Source: an uncultured Eubacterium sp. (GTDB lineage Bacteria; Bacillota; Clostridia; Lachnospirales; Lachnospiraceae). Taken from it: a DNA stretch of 64,000 nucleotides. The position numbers and the translations under genes were made by a program. Under the pieces are notes generated by a model. It saw only the letters and a program-made list of their open reading frames with translations, did no database searches and was not told the DNA's origin. Below, one piece after another: positions 48,968 through 58,934 of this stretch (the stretch's first letter is position 1; every line of letters begins with the position of its first letter). The stretch covers positions 441-64,440 of the forward strand of contig CANDMV010000004.1 in NCBI GenBank assembly GCA_947385875.1. Reading direction: 5' to 3'.

Positions 48968-49723
48968 ATGCCGGCCAATAATGAAAATTCTGAAAACATC
49001 AAGAATTTAATAGAGCAACTGCAAAAATTAATCGATACATCCGACAATATCGTATTTTTTGGCGGAGCAGGCGTATCAACCGAAAGTGGAATCCCGGATT
49101 TCCGCAGTGTGGATGGATTATATAATCAGACCTATGACTATCCACCGGAAACGATACTCAGCCATTCCTTTTACATGAGAAATACAGAAGAATTTTATCG
49201 GTTTTATCACGATAAAATGCTGTGTCTGGATGCACAGCCGAATGCTGCGCATAAAAAACTGGCTGAATTAGAAAAATCCGGAAAGCTGAAGGCGGTTATT
49301 ACACAGAACATTGACGGACTTCATCAGATGGCAGGCAGTAAAGAAGTATTAGAGCTGCATGGAAGCGTGCATCGCAATTACTGTAGAAAATGCGCAAAAG
49401 AATTTAATGCACAGTATATGAAAGAACACACAGGAGTTCCGCGCTGTGATGAATGCGGCGGAGATATTAAGCCAGATGTCGTATTGTACGAAGAAGGACT
49501 GGATGCACAGACTATGCGCAAATCCATCGATTATATTTCAAGAGCAGATGTATTGATCATTGGGGGAACATCCCTGGCTGTATATCCGGCTGCAGGCCTG
49601 ATTGATTATTACGGTGGAAATAAGCTGGTATTAATCAATAAATCGGCGACTCCTATGGACAGGCGTGCTGATTTGCTGATACAAGGAAGCATCGGCGAAG
49701 TATTGGGCCGGATTCAAGTATAA
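48968..49723 (+). CDS. cobB: NAD-dependent protein deacylase (sirtuin)
   Basis: GAGVSTESGIPDFR, TQNIDGLH, HGS, CRKC/CDEC, KPDVVLY, GGTSL. Confidence 0.95.
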   Translation: MPANNENSENIKNLIEQLQKLIDTSDNIVFFGGAGVSTESGIPDFRSVDGLYNQTYDYPPETILSHSFYMRNTEEFYRFYHDKMLCLDAQPNAAHKKLAELEKSGKLKAVITQNIDGLHQMAGSKEVLELHGSVHRNYCRKCAKEFNAQYMKEHTGVPRCDECGGDIKPDVVLYEEGLDAQTMRKSIDYISRADVLIIGGTSLAVYPAAGLIDYYGGNKLVLINKSATPMDRRADLLIQGSIGEVLGRIQV

Positions 49724-49763
49724 AATCCTTAGTCTATAGTCGCTTTGAAAGGAATGAAACCTG

Positions 49764-49958
49764 ATGGATATAAACCCAGATGATCTTGTAAAACTGAAAA
49801 AAAAACACCCTTGCGGCAGCTTCGAATGGCTGGTATTACGGTCTGGAGCAGATTTTAGGCTAAAATGCAGCGGCTGTGGCAGACAAATCATGATTTCCAG
49901 AAAAGAATTAGAAAAAAACATAAAAAAAATAATAAAATCCGACAAAAGAGAGCCATGA
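49764..49958 (+). CDS. DUF951 (YyzM-like) protein
   Basis: KKKHPCGSFEW..LRSGADFRLKCSGCGRQIM. Confidence 0.9.
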   Translation: MDINPDDLVKLKKKHPCGSFEWLVLRSGADFRLKCSGCGRQIMISRKELEKNIKKIIKSDKREP

Positions 49959-50201
49959 TGGCAGCTTGCTTCTTATTACGAGGAAAGGTATGGAGATAAT
50001 AGCAGATACAAAGTAATACTGTGGACCATCTATTAAAACGAATTCCATATGAAGATAATGCCAGAAGTATTATTTTATCATGTAAGAAAAAGAAAATTAA
50101 TGGTTGTATTGCAGCACATTTTGCTTCTAATATCTTTTACACTCTGCATATTGCAATTTTTAATGTGTTTATATTTTACATTGTAAAGCTTGTCAAAAAC
50201 A

Positions 50202-50409
50202 GCCGGGTGAGAGGAGATGTCCCGCCTTCCGCTTAGTATTCTGTTTGATAAACAGGCGGCGAAGCAGCAGCACCTTTAGCTTCTGGCGTTTTGCCGGGGC
50301 GAACTAGGTGCCGCGACCGTTCGGTGCCATAGCGTAATAACAGAATACTAAGGGCTTCTTAGCATTCTGGAAAAGTCATAGGAAGGCGGGACATCTCTTC
50401 TCACCCGGC
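50202..50409. mobile_element. MITE-like / REP-like element with nested inverted repeats
   Basis: 29-bp terminal IR (50202-230 / 50381-409, one G-T mismatch) and perfect 14-bp inner IR (50232-245 / 50339-352); GC-rich against an AT-rich background; no TSD identified. Confidence 0.65.
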
Positions 50410-50459
50410 GTAATGTTTCACAAAATATATAAAATCTGTAAAAAAATATGAAAAACCCC

Positions 50460-50556
50460 TTGCAACTATCCATAAAACATGCTATCATATTTATTCGTGA
50501 TATGACAAATTCCTTGCTTTTTCCATAAGGAAGAGGCCAGAGACCAAAAGGAGGTA
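50460..50556 (+). promoter_or_regulatory. sigma-A promoter and probable S6:S18 autoregulatory leader of rpsF
   Basis: TTGCAA-N17-TATCAT (50460-88); leader TCCTTGC...GGCC..AGACC..AAGGAGGT resembles the rpsF leader RNA. Confidence 0.6.
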
Positions 50557-50564
50557 CAATTCGC

Positions 50565-50855
50565 ATGAACAAGTATGAATTAGCGCTCGTTGTGAATGCT
50601 AAAATCGAAGATGATGCGAGAGCAGCAGTAGTTGAGAAGGCAAAAGAGTATATCGCTCGTGCCGAAGGTACTGTTACCGAAGTAGAGGAATGGGGAAAGA
50701 AGAAATTAGCTTATGAAATTCAGAAAATGAGCGACGGTTTCTATTATTTCATCCAGTTCGATGCTCCAGCGACTGCTCCAGCTCAGATCGAGCATAAAGT
50801 TCGTATTATGGACAATGTTCTTCGATTCTTATGCGTTAGAAAAGACGAGGCATAG
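50565..50855 (+). CDS. rpsF: 30S ribosomal protein S6
   Basis: MNKYELALV...WGKKKLAYEIQK...GFY...VLRFL. Confidence 0.98.
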   Translation: MNKYELALVVNAKIEDDARAAVVEKAKEYIARAEGTVTEVEEWGKKKLAYEIQKMSDGFYYFIQFDAPATAPAQIEHKVRIMDNVLRFLCVRKDEA

Positions 50856-50872
50856 TCGATAAAGGAGATCGT

Positions 50873-51322
50873 ATGAATAGAGTAATACTGATAGGACGAT
50901 TGACGAGAGATCCTGAGATCCGTTATTCTCAGGGCGAGCAGTCAACAGCAGTTGCCAGATATACATTAGCAGTAGACAGACGTTTTACCAGAAGTAACGG
51001 TACAGACCAGCAGTCAGCTGATTTTATCGGATGTGTTGCGTTTGGACGTTCCGGTGAGTTTGCAGAGAGATACCTGCGCAAAGGAATGAAAATCGCAGTC
51101 ACAGGCCGTATTCAGACCGGAAGCTATACAAACCGGGATGGACAGAAGGTATATACGACAGATGTTGTTGTCGAAGATCATGAGTTTGTAGAGAGCAAAA
51201 ATGCAAATCCTGATAATGCCGGCGGCGGATTTGCGCCGATCGACAGACCGTCACCGAGTGCAGCCAGTGATGGATTTATGAATATTCCAGACGGAATTGA
51301 TGAAGAGTTACCATTTAATTAA
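50873..51322 (+). CDS. ssb: Single-stranded DNA-binding protein
   Basis: MNRVILIGRLTRDPE, ADFIGCV, C-terminal DEELPFN. Confidence 0.98.
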   Translation: MNRVILIGRLTRDPEIRYSQGEQSTAVARYTLAVDRRFTRSNGTDQQSADFIGCVAFGRSGEFAERYLRKGMKIAVTGRIQTGSYTNRDGQKVYTTDVVVEDHEFVESKNANPDNAGGGFAPIDRPSPSAASDGFMNIPDGIDEELPFN

Positions 51323-51365
51323 TAGATGCCAGTCTTTGACTGGATTTTAGCAGGAGGTAATAGTC

Positions 51366-51623
51366 ATGGCTTTCAATAGAAATGAGAGAGGCGACAACCC
51401 GCGCAGAAGAACCATACACAGAAGGAAAAAAGTATGTGTATTCTGCGGCAAGGACAACGTCATTGATTATAAAGATGTCAATAAATTAAAAAGATATATT
51501 TCCGAAAGAGGAAAGATCTTGCCGAGAAGAATCACGGGAAACTGCGCAAAGCATCAGAGAGCTCTTACAGCAGCAATTAAAAGAGCTCGTCATGTAGCGT
51601 TAATGCCATACGTACAGGATTAA
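51366..51623 (+). CDS. rpsR: 30S ribosomal protein S18
   Basis: [35 protein letters not shown]. Confidence 0.98.
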   Translation: MAFNRNERGDNPRRRTIHRRKKVCVFCGKDNVIDYKDVNKLKRYISERGKILPRRITGNCAKHQRALTAAIKRARHVALMPYVQD

Positions 51624-51665
51624 CAATAGAAAGCACGCTGCGCGGACTTTCTATTATCATGAATT
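51622..51665. repeat. REP-like hairpin, inverted copy of the 11797-11833 element
   Basis: AACAATAGAAAGCACGCTGCGCGGACTTTCTATT versus the reverse complement of the metG-upstream copy AACAATAGAAAGTACGCTCCGCGGACTTTCTATT (2 mismatches in 34). Confidence 0.85.
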
Positions 51666-51706
51666 AAGAGCTATCACATGGACATACTGCCGTGTGATAG
51701 CTTTTT
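51666..51706 (+). terminator. Terminator after rpsR
   Basis: AGCTATCACATGG/CCGTGTGATAGCT stem followed by TTTT. Confidence 0.85.
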
Positions 51707-51726
51707 GTGATAAAAGGTGATAAAAT

Positions 51727-52704
51727 ATGAACCCATTACAATTAGTAGAACTGTTAAAAGGGCATAAAAGTTATATACAGACACATGACTGTCCTGACCC
51801 GGATGCAGTCGCAAGCGCATTTGGACTTCAATATTTTTTAAAGCAGCATGGCGTGGATGCGCAGATTTGTTATGATGGTACAGTAGAAAAGCTGAGTATT
51901 AATAAAATGTCCGAAGTCTTTGGGATCGAAATACTTCAGGCGGATACGATTCAGAATATGACTAAGGATGATTTTATCGTTGCAGTGGATGCGCAGAAAT
52001 ATAATGCAAATATGACTGATCTGGCAGGAGATGAAGTAGGCTGTGTCGATCATCATCCAACTTTTATCTCTTGTTCTTATCGATATAAGGATGTACGTAT
52101 TGTAGGCGCATGTTCTACGCTGATTGCAGAATATTTTTATCAGACTGATACACCAATGAATCCTTCCGTGGCAGCAGCACTTGCATATGGGATAAAGATT
52201 GATACGAATAATTTTATACGTGGTACGACAAATCTAGACATTGACATGTTTGCCTATGTATACAAACAGGCGGATGTGGATAAGATAGAGACCATGTATA
52301 ATAATGTCATGGAGCTTAGCGATTTAAAGGCGTATGGAGCTGCGATTGACAATATTCATATTATTGATGGTGTCGGTTTTGCTTGTCTTCCAATGGACTG
52401 TCCAGACTCTTTAATTGCCATTATCTCTGATTTTATTTTGTCTTTGAATGTCGTAGATCTTTCAGTCATATATGCAGTACGCAAAGATGGAATTAAATTT
52501 TCTGTACGCAGCGAACGCAGAGATATAAACGCAGGCAAGCTGGTTGCAGAAGTTTTAAAAAACTATGGAAATGGAGGCGGTCATCAGGCAATGGCAGGGG
52601 GATTTATTCCCAAAGATCATATTGACAGGTTGCATGGGCTTCAGGGACCGATTGAAGAAGGATTTATGAAGCAAGTATATCATATGAAAAGAGGAAATTT
52701 ATGA
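51727..52704 (+). CDS. DHH/DHHA1 family phosphoesterase
   Basis: HDCPDPDAVAS, AVD, VDHH, GIKIDT, FSVRS, GGGHQAMAGG. Confidence 0.93.
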   Translation: MNPLQLVELLKGHKSYIQTHDCPDPDAVASAFGLQYFLKQHGVDAQICYDGTVEKLSINKMSEVFGIEILQADTIQNMTKDDFIVAVDAQKYNANMTDLAGDEVGCVDHHPTFISCSYRYKDVRIVGACSTLIAEYFYQTDTPMNPSVAAALAYGIKIDTNNFIRGTTNLDIDMFAYVYKQADVDKIETMYNNVMELSDLKAYGAAIDNIHIIDGVGFACLPMDCPDSLIAIISDFILSLNVVDLSVIYAVRKDGIKFSVRSERRDINAGKLVAEVLKNYGNGGGHQAMAGGFIPKDHIDRLHGLQGPIEEGFMKQVYHMKRGNL

Positions 52705-54347
52705 AAAAAGTGGTTCGAAAAATTTTAATAGCGGTTGTAATCCTGCTGATTCTTGGAATATATTACTATATTACTCTTCCGGCAGTAAACATCCATTCAC
52801 AGGGGTTCTGGTCAGTGCTGATGGTGCTCATTTTATTTTTTACTGTGATTTGTGCTTTTAGTCAGGCAAGGAAGAACTCTAAGAGCAATGTCGTACAGAT
52901 GAAGCCGTTTGAAAACGCTTGGAAAGAATTAAAGTCTGTGAAAATTGGATTTGGACTGTTTTTGGCAGTATTGGCTGTATTCTGTATTGGCTCCGTCTTA
53001 TCTTCGCCGATTGTCAATGCTTCGAAGTATCAAAAGCTGATGAATGTGGAAGAGAGCGATTTTATTCGGGATATTCAGCAAACAGACTATAATACAATTC
53101 CTCTGCTGGATAAGGATTCAGCTGAGCTGTTAGGAAACCGTAAGATGGGCAGTATGGTAGATATGGTTTCTCAGTTCGAGGTTGGTGCTGATTATACACA
53201 GATTAATTATAAGGATATGCCTGTGCGTGTAACACCGCTTGTCTATGCAAGTGAGATTAAATGGCTGACGAATCAAAAAGAGGGAATCCCGGCATATATC
53301 CGTATTGATATGGCTACACAGAATACAGAATGCGTGAAGCTGGAGAACGCGATTAAATATTCAAAGGCTGAGTATTTTAACCGCAATATTTACAGACATC
53401 TGCGTTTTCATTATCCTACGTATATTTTCGACGACCAGATCTTTTTTGAAATCGACGATGAAGGCACACCTTACTGGGTATGTCCTGTGAAAAAATTCAA
53501 CATTGGGCTGTTTGGAGGCCAGACTGTCGGAAATGTAGTATTGTGTAATGCAGTGACAGGAGAATGTACTGATTATGCGGTAGAGGATGTGCCGAATTGG
53601 ATTGATAAAGTGTATTCTGCAGAGCTTTTGACACAGCTTTATAATTATTATGGAATATACAAGCATGGATTTTTTAACAGTATACTCGGTCAGAAGGACT
53701 GCTTAAAAGCTACAAACGGCTATAATTATATTGCGCTGGATGATGATGTATGGGTATACACAGGCGTAACCTCTGTCAGCGGCGACCAGTCTAACGTCGG
53801 TTTTGTACTGATGAATCAGCGTACTATGGAAACAAAGTACTATAAAGTAGAAGGCGCTATCGAAGATTCTGCGATGTCTTCAGCGGAAGGGCAGGTACAG
53901 AACCTGGGTTATCGTGCTACATTTCCACTGCTTTTGAATATATCCAATGAGCCTACGTATTTTATGGCGCTAAAAGACGGTGCAGGACTTGTGAAGAAAT
54001 ATGCAATGGTAAATGTACAAAAATATCAATGGGTTGCGATTGGTGATACGGTAGGTGAATGTGAAAAATCATACGTACAGCTGCTTGCGACAAATGGAAT
54101 ATCAAATACTGGAGACAGCAGTTTGTATGAAGAAGTGACAGGCACGATTGAGGTCATAGCACCAGTTGTAATTGAGGGAAATACCCATTATTATGTCACA
54201 TTGAAAAATTCAGATGCGGTGTATGATGTAAATATGGCTGATACAAGTTTGATCGGAATCATTCATTATCAGGCAGGAGATACCATAAAGCTGAGCTATT
54301 CAGCTTCGGAAAATGGACTATATCCGGTACTAAAGATCGGATCTTAG
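52701..54347 (+). CDS. Conserved membrane-anchored protein (3 N-terminal TMs, large extracellular domain), function unknown
   Basis: ATGA overlap with the DHH gene; hydrophobic N-terminus; C-terminal OB-like segment. Confidence 0.8.
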   Translation: MKKVVRKILIAVVILLILGIYYYITLPAVNIHSQGFWSVLMVLILFFTVICAFSQARKNSKSNVVQMKPFENAWKELKSVKIGFGLFLAVLAVFCIGSVLSSPIVNASKYQKLMNVEESDFIRDIQQTDYNTIPLLDKDSAELLGNRKMGSMVDMVSQFEVGADYTQINYKDMPVRVTPLVYASEIKWLTNQKEGIPAYIRIDMATQNTECVKLENAIKYSKAEYFNRNIYRHLRFHYPTYIFDDQIFFEIDDEGTPYWVCPVKKFNIGLFGGQTVGNVVLCNAVTGECTDYAVEDVPNWIDKVYSAELLTQLYNYYGIYKHGFFNSILGQKDCLKATNGYNYIALDDDVWVYTGVTSVSGDQSNVGFVLMNQRTMETKYYKVEGAIEDSAMSSAEGQVQNLGYRATFPLLLNISNEPTYFMALKDGAGLVKKYAMVNVQKYQWVAIGDTVGECEKSYVQLLATNGISNTGDSSLYEEVTGTIEVIAPVVIEGNTHYYVTLKNSDAVYDVNMADTSLIGIIHYQAGDTIKLSYSASENGLYPVLKIGS

Positions 54348-54659
54348 CCGTAGTTCGCAATGAGTCTGCCGGAGTGTTGTTCCTGTTTGCTTAGAGTATG
54401 AGACATCGGACAAATCCTCCGTCAGACACAGAATCGTTTGGAGGTCGTAACTGTAACTGGAAATTTAACGATAGCATAGAAAACTCTTTCATTAAATGCT
54501 TTAACATGGTATAATAAAAGATATTTATTGTAACGGTTCAGGTAAGTCTATGTGCAGACAGCAGTATCGGTATGTCTGAGCTGTTACATAGGATCTTAAT
54601 GGAAAGGGATAAATCGTAATAGTTCAGCACATCTGAGCTGCTGCGAGAAGTCAGCGGAA

Positions 54660-56711
54660 ATGAAAAAAAATATAAAGTTTAAAGGACGCCTGAAGAGTTA
54701 TATGATAAGTCCGATGCTGCTTACTATCCTGCTGATATTAATGAATATTCCTATATATATTTATGAGATAAAAGCAGGATTGATGGTATCAGCGTTTACA
54801 GCTATTTATTTTATTATTGTAACTGTGAATTTTCATAGAAATAAGACAGCGTTTGTAAACGAATTGATTAATTTTGCTACACAGTACGGCACTGTCCAAA
54901 AAAAGCTGTTAAATGAATTTGATGTAGCTTATGCGCTTATCGATTATAATGGCAAGATTCTTTGGGTAAATGAGAAATTTACAGAGCTGACCGGCAAGGA
55001 TAAGGATTATCATAAATCCATTACATCTGTATTTTCTCATATAACAAAAGAAATCATACAGAAAAATAAAGATAATACGCAGCTTGAGATCTCATATGGA
55101 GAGTACGATTTTCGTGCGCGGATAAAAAAGATTGAATTTTCCAGCATTACTCCAGAGAATGATCTGGTATCGATCGATGGAGATGACGAGTATCTGACGG
55201 CTCTTTATCTGTATGATGAGACTCAGCTGAATCAATATATCCGTGAAAACGACGACCAGAAAATGGTTGCAGCTTTGGTATATATTGATAATTATGAAGA
55301 AACGATGAACAGCATCGAGGATGTGAAGCAGTCGCTGCTGACAGCTTTGATCGACAGAAAAGTAAATAAATATTTTGCCAGTATGGATGGCCTTGTAAGA
55401 AAGATTGAAAAAGATAAGTATTTTGTAATTTTCCGCAATTATTACCTGTCTAAAATGGAAGAGGACAAATTCAGCTTAATCGAAGAAGTCAAGACAGTCA
55501 AGGTCGGAAATAAAATGGCTGTGACACTCAGTATAGGGATTGGTAATACAGGAACTACTTATAATCAGAATTATGAATATGCCCGTATGGCAATCGGACT
55601 GGCACTTGGACGCGGCGGCGATCAGGTCGTAGTAAAAGAAGGCGAGCAGATCACATATTTTGGAGGAAGATCAAAACAGGTGGATAAAAATACACGTGTA
55701 AAAGCCCGCGTGAAAGCACATGCTCTGCGGGAGATTTTAGAAAGCCGCAGTCAGGTGATTGTAATGGGGCATCATATTGCAGATGTAGATTCTTTCGGAG
55801 CTGCGATCGGCGTATACTGCGCAGGACGTATCCTTGAAAAAAAGGTGCAGATTGTATTAAATGAAGTCACGACATCTCTTCGTCCATTAAAAGAATGCTT
55901 TACTGTTGAAAACGGATATGCATCGGATATGTTTATCAACAGTGAGACAGCAATCGAAATGACGAATGGAAATACACTTGTCATGGTGGTAGATACAAAC
56001 CGTCCTAACTATACAGATTGTCCAGAGATACTTAAAAAGACAAAAAATATTGTCGTTTTTGACCATCATAGACAAGGAAGCGAGGTCGTTGAGAACCCGA
56101 TTTTGTCTTATATAGAACCGTATGCTTCCTCTACCTGTGAGATGATCGCTGAGGTACTGCAGTATTTTGCGGAAAATATCAAGCTGTCTTCCTGTGAAGC
56201 AGATGCAATTTATGCTGGTATTCTAATAGATACGAATAACTTTATGCAAAAAACTGGGGTACGTACGTTTGAAGCGGCTGCATATTTACGAAGATGCGGT
56301 GCAGAAGTCACAAGAGTGCGTAAAATGCTGCGTAATGATATGGAAGACTATAAAGCAAGGGCAGAGGTCATGCGGGATGCGGAAGTATACCGCGGTGCAT
56401 TTGCGATATCGACTTGTCCGGCGGACAAAGTGGAAAGCCCGACGGTTGTATGTGCCCAGTCTGCAAATGAATTATTAAATATTATTGGAATTAAGGCTTC
56501 TTTTGTAATGACGGAATATCAGAACAAGATCTTTATCAGCTCCCGCTCTATTGATGAGATTAATGTTCAGCTGATTATGGAGCGTCTGGGCGGCGGCGGA
56601 CATGCAAATATCGCCGGTGCGCAGCTGACAAACTGTAGTATTGGAGAAGCAAAACAACGGATTCGTAATATATTAGACGAAATGATCGAAAAAGGAGAAA
56701 TAGAGAAATGA
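54660..56711 (+). CDS. gdpP: Cyclic-di-AMP phosphodiesterase (TM-PAS-degenerate GGDEF-DHH-DHHA1)
   Basis: YIDNYEE, LALGRGGDQVVVK, DVDSFGA, FDHHR, GGGGH; upstream of rplI-dnaB. Confidence 0.93.
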   Translation: MKKNIKFKGRLKSYMISPMLLTILLILMNIPIYIYEIKAGLMVSAFTAIYFIIVTVNFHRNKTAFVNELINFATQYGTVQKKLLNEFDVAYALIDYNGKILWVNEKFTELTGKDKDYHKSITSVFSHITKEIIQKNKDNTQLEISYGEYDFRARIKKIEFSSITPENDLVSIDGDDEYLTALYLYDETQLNQYIRENDDQKMVAALVYIDNYEETMNSIEDVKQSLLTALIDRKVNKYFASMDGLVRKIEKDKYFVIFRNYYLSKMEEDKFSLIEEVKTVKVGNKMAVTLSIGIGNTGTTYNQNYEYARMAIGLALGRGGDQVVVKEGEQITYFGGRSKQVDKNTRVKARVKAHALREILESRSQVIVMGHHIADVDSFGAAIGVYCAGRILEKKVQIVLNEVTTSLRPLKECFTVENGYASDMFINSETAIEMTNGNTLVMVVDTNRPNYTDCPEILKKTKNIVVFDHHRQGSEVVENPILSYIEPYASSTCEMIAEVLQYFAENIKLSSCEADAIYAGILIDTNNFMQKTGVRTFEAAAYLRRCGAEVTRVRKMLRNDMEDYKARAEVMRDAEVYRGAFAISTCPADKVESPTVVCAQSANELLNIIGIKASFVMTEYQNKIFISSRSIDEINVQLIMERLGGGGHANIAGAQLTNCSIGEAKQRIRNILDEMIEKGEIEK

Positions 56712-57154
56712 AAGTAATCTTATTAGAAGATGTAAAATCAGTCGGAAAAAAAGATGAAGTCGTAGAGGTCAGTGATTCTTTTGCACGTAATATGCTGATT
56801 AAGAAAAAACGCGGCGTAGAGGCTACCAGTCAGGCATTGAATGACTTGAAGCTGAGGAATAAAAGAGCAGAAAAGGTAGCAGCTGAGAATCTGGAGGCGG
56901 CAAAACAGCTGGCAGAGGATTTGAAAGAGAAGAAAGTAGAAGTAAAAATTAAGGCCGGTGAAGGAGGCCGGACATTTGGTTCCGTGTCAACAAAAGAAAT
57001 TTCAGAGGCAGTCAGACAGCAGCTGGATTTGGAGCTTGACAAAAAGAAGATGCAGCTCACAGAGCCGATCAAAGCACTTGGTTTTTATGAAGTGCCTGTA
57101 AAATTACATCCCCAGGTAACAGCGACACTAAATGTACATGTCATTGAAGGCTAG
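56708..57154 (+). CDS. rplI: 50S ribosomal protein L9
   Basis: MKVILLEDVKSVGKK, GRTFGSVS, LHPQV. Confidence 0.97.
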   Translation: MKVILLEDVKSVGKKDEVVEVSDSFARNMLIKKKRGVEATSQALNDLKLRNKRAEKVAAENLEAAKQLAEDLKEKKVEVKIKAGEGGRTFGSVSTKEISEAVRQQLDLELDKKKMQLTEPIKALGFYEVPVKLHPQVTATLNVHVIEG

Positions 57155-57160
57155 AATCGT

Positions 57161-58492
57161 ATGGAAGAAGCGCTTATAAAAAGAACAATGCCAAACAGTA
57201 TCGAAGCGGAGCAATCGGTAATCGGTTCTATGATGATGGACCGTGCAGCGATTATTGCCGCTTCTGAGACTCTTATAGCCGAAGATTTTTATCATCATCA
57301 ATATGCGGTTGTATTTGATTCTATCATAGAGCTGTTTAATCACGATGATCCTGTGGATTTTGTTACACTACAGAATAAGCTCAAGGAAAAAGATGTACCT
57401 CCGGAAATCAGCAGTCTTGAATACATAAATAATCTGGTAGCAGCAGTACCGACTTCCGCAAATATACGTTATTATGCGAATATTGTAAAAGAAAAGTCAA
57501 TGCTGCGCAAGCTGATTAAAATTACAGAAAATATTCAAAATGATTGTTATGCGGGAAATGAAGATTTAGAGACAATTTTTGCTGATACAGAAAAAAGTAT
57601 ATTTCAGCTGCTGCAAAGCCAGAACAGCGGAGATTATGTGCCAATTAAGCAGATTGTCATTAACGCACTTGACCGTATTGAAATGGCGTCTAAAATACAA
57701 GGCAATGTCACCGGCATTGCGACAGGGTTTATTGATCTGGATTATAGGATGTCAGGCTTACAGCCGTCAGATTTGATCCTGGTAGCGGCTCGACCTTCTA
57801 TGGGAAAGACTGCATTTGTATTAAATATTGCTCAGTATACAGCGTTTCACAGTAATCTGGCGACAGCTATATTCAGCTTGGAAATGTCAAAGGAGCAGCT
57901 GGTGAACCGTCTGTTTTCACTAGAGTCAAGGGTAGATGCGCAGGCGCTTAGAAACGGCAATCTGTCAGATACTGACTGGGAAAAGCTGATTGAAGGAGCT
58001 GGGACAATCGGACGGTCGAATCTGGTTATTGATGATACGCCGGGCATATCGATTGCAGAGCTGCGTTCAAAATGCCGTAAATATAAGCTGGAAATGGATA
58101 TTAAGCTGATTATTATTGATTACTTACAGCTGATGTCTGGTTCTGGAAAAATAGATTCCAGACAGCAGGAAATATCTGAAATCTCCCGTTCGTTGAAGGC
58201 GCTTGCCAGAGAGCTGCATGTACCGGTAATCGCGTTATCACAGCTGAGCCGTGCCGTAGAACAGCGACCTGATCACCGACCGATGTTATCAGATCTGCGT
58301 GAATCAGGCGCGATCGAACAGGATGCCGATGTGGTGATGTTTATTTATCGTGATGATTATTATAATAAAGACACTGATAAAAGGAATATCGCGGAAATTA
58401 TTATCGCAAAGCAGAGAAATGGCCCGATTGGTACAGTCAATCTTGTCTGGCTGCCTCAGTATACAAAATTTGCTAATATGCAGAAGGATTAA
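57161..58492 (+). CDS. dnaB: Replicative DNA helicase
   Basis: AEQSVIG, AARPSMGKT, FSLEM, IDYLQL, QLSRAVEQR, DLRESGAIEQDAD, KQRNGP. Confidence 0.98.
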   Translation: MEEALIKRTMPNSIEAEQSVIGSMMMDRAAIIAASETLIAEDFYHHQYAVVFDSIIELFNHDDPVDFVTLQNKLKEKDVPPEISSLEYINNLVAAVPTSANIRYYANIVKEKSMLRKLIKITENIQNDCYAGNEDLETIFADTEKSIFQLLQSQNSGDYVPIKQIVINALDRIEMASKIQGNVTGIATGFIDLDYRMSGLQPSDLILVAARPSMGKTAFVLNIAQYTAFHSNLATAIFSLEMSKEQLVNRLFSLESRVDAQALRNGNLSDTDWEKLIEGAGTIGRSNLVIDDTPGISIAELRSKCRKYKLEMDIKLIIIDYLQLMSGSGKIDSRQQEISEISRSLKALARELHVPVIALSQLSRAVEQRPDHRPMLSDLRESGAIEQDADVVMFIYRDDYYNKDTDKRNIAEIIIAKQRNGPIGTVNLVWLPQYTKFANMQKD

Positions 58493-58934
58493 GACACAAG
58501 CTGAGACAGATAAAGTGATATTTACAAGATGATAGTTCTTGAACTGATGCCCTGTGGGGACATCTCTTATCAGAAGCTATCATATATTTAGAAAATATAT
58601 TATACTCTGTCAGAGCAGTATCATGTAAAAAAGTTATCGCATAGTTTTTATTAATACGTGTTTTTATAGGATCAGTCGACAAAATAAGAACAGATACGCT
58701 TAAAAAAATAAGTGTATCTGTTTTTTTCTGTCATTTTTACCCGATGAAATAAAATTGTACATAGACATGCAGTCAGCTATACTTGTTAAAAGAGGTAAAA
58801 AGCTAGTAACAGGCCAGCTTAGCATTTTTGCAGTAACAGATTAGCTAAGGGATAGACTGTAATCCTGTTACGAAGGTTACATATTATTATAATTGCTTCG
58901 ATCCCGCCAGCATTAGAAGAAGGAGGTTTTCTAA

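Noticed and set aside
50021-50572. Short ORFs 50021-50236 (+) and 50348-50572 (-)
   Set aside because: Both end in the same VRGDVPPS text, which is just the two arms of the inverted repeat.
58674-58684. Spo0A box upstream of the RacA-like gene
   Set aside because: TGTCGAC is one mismatch from TGNCGAA and single; not distinguishable from chance.
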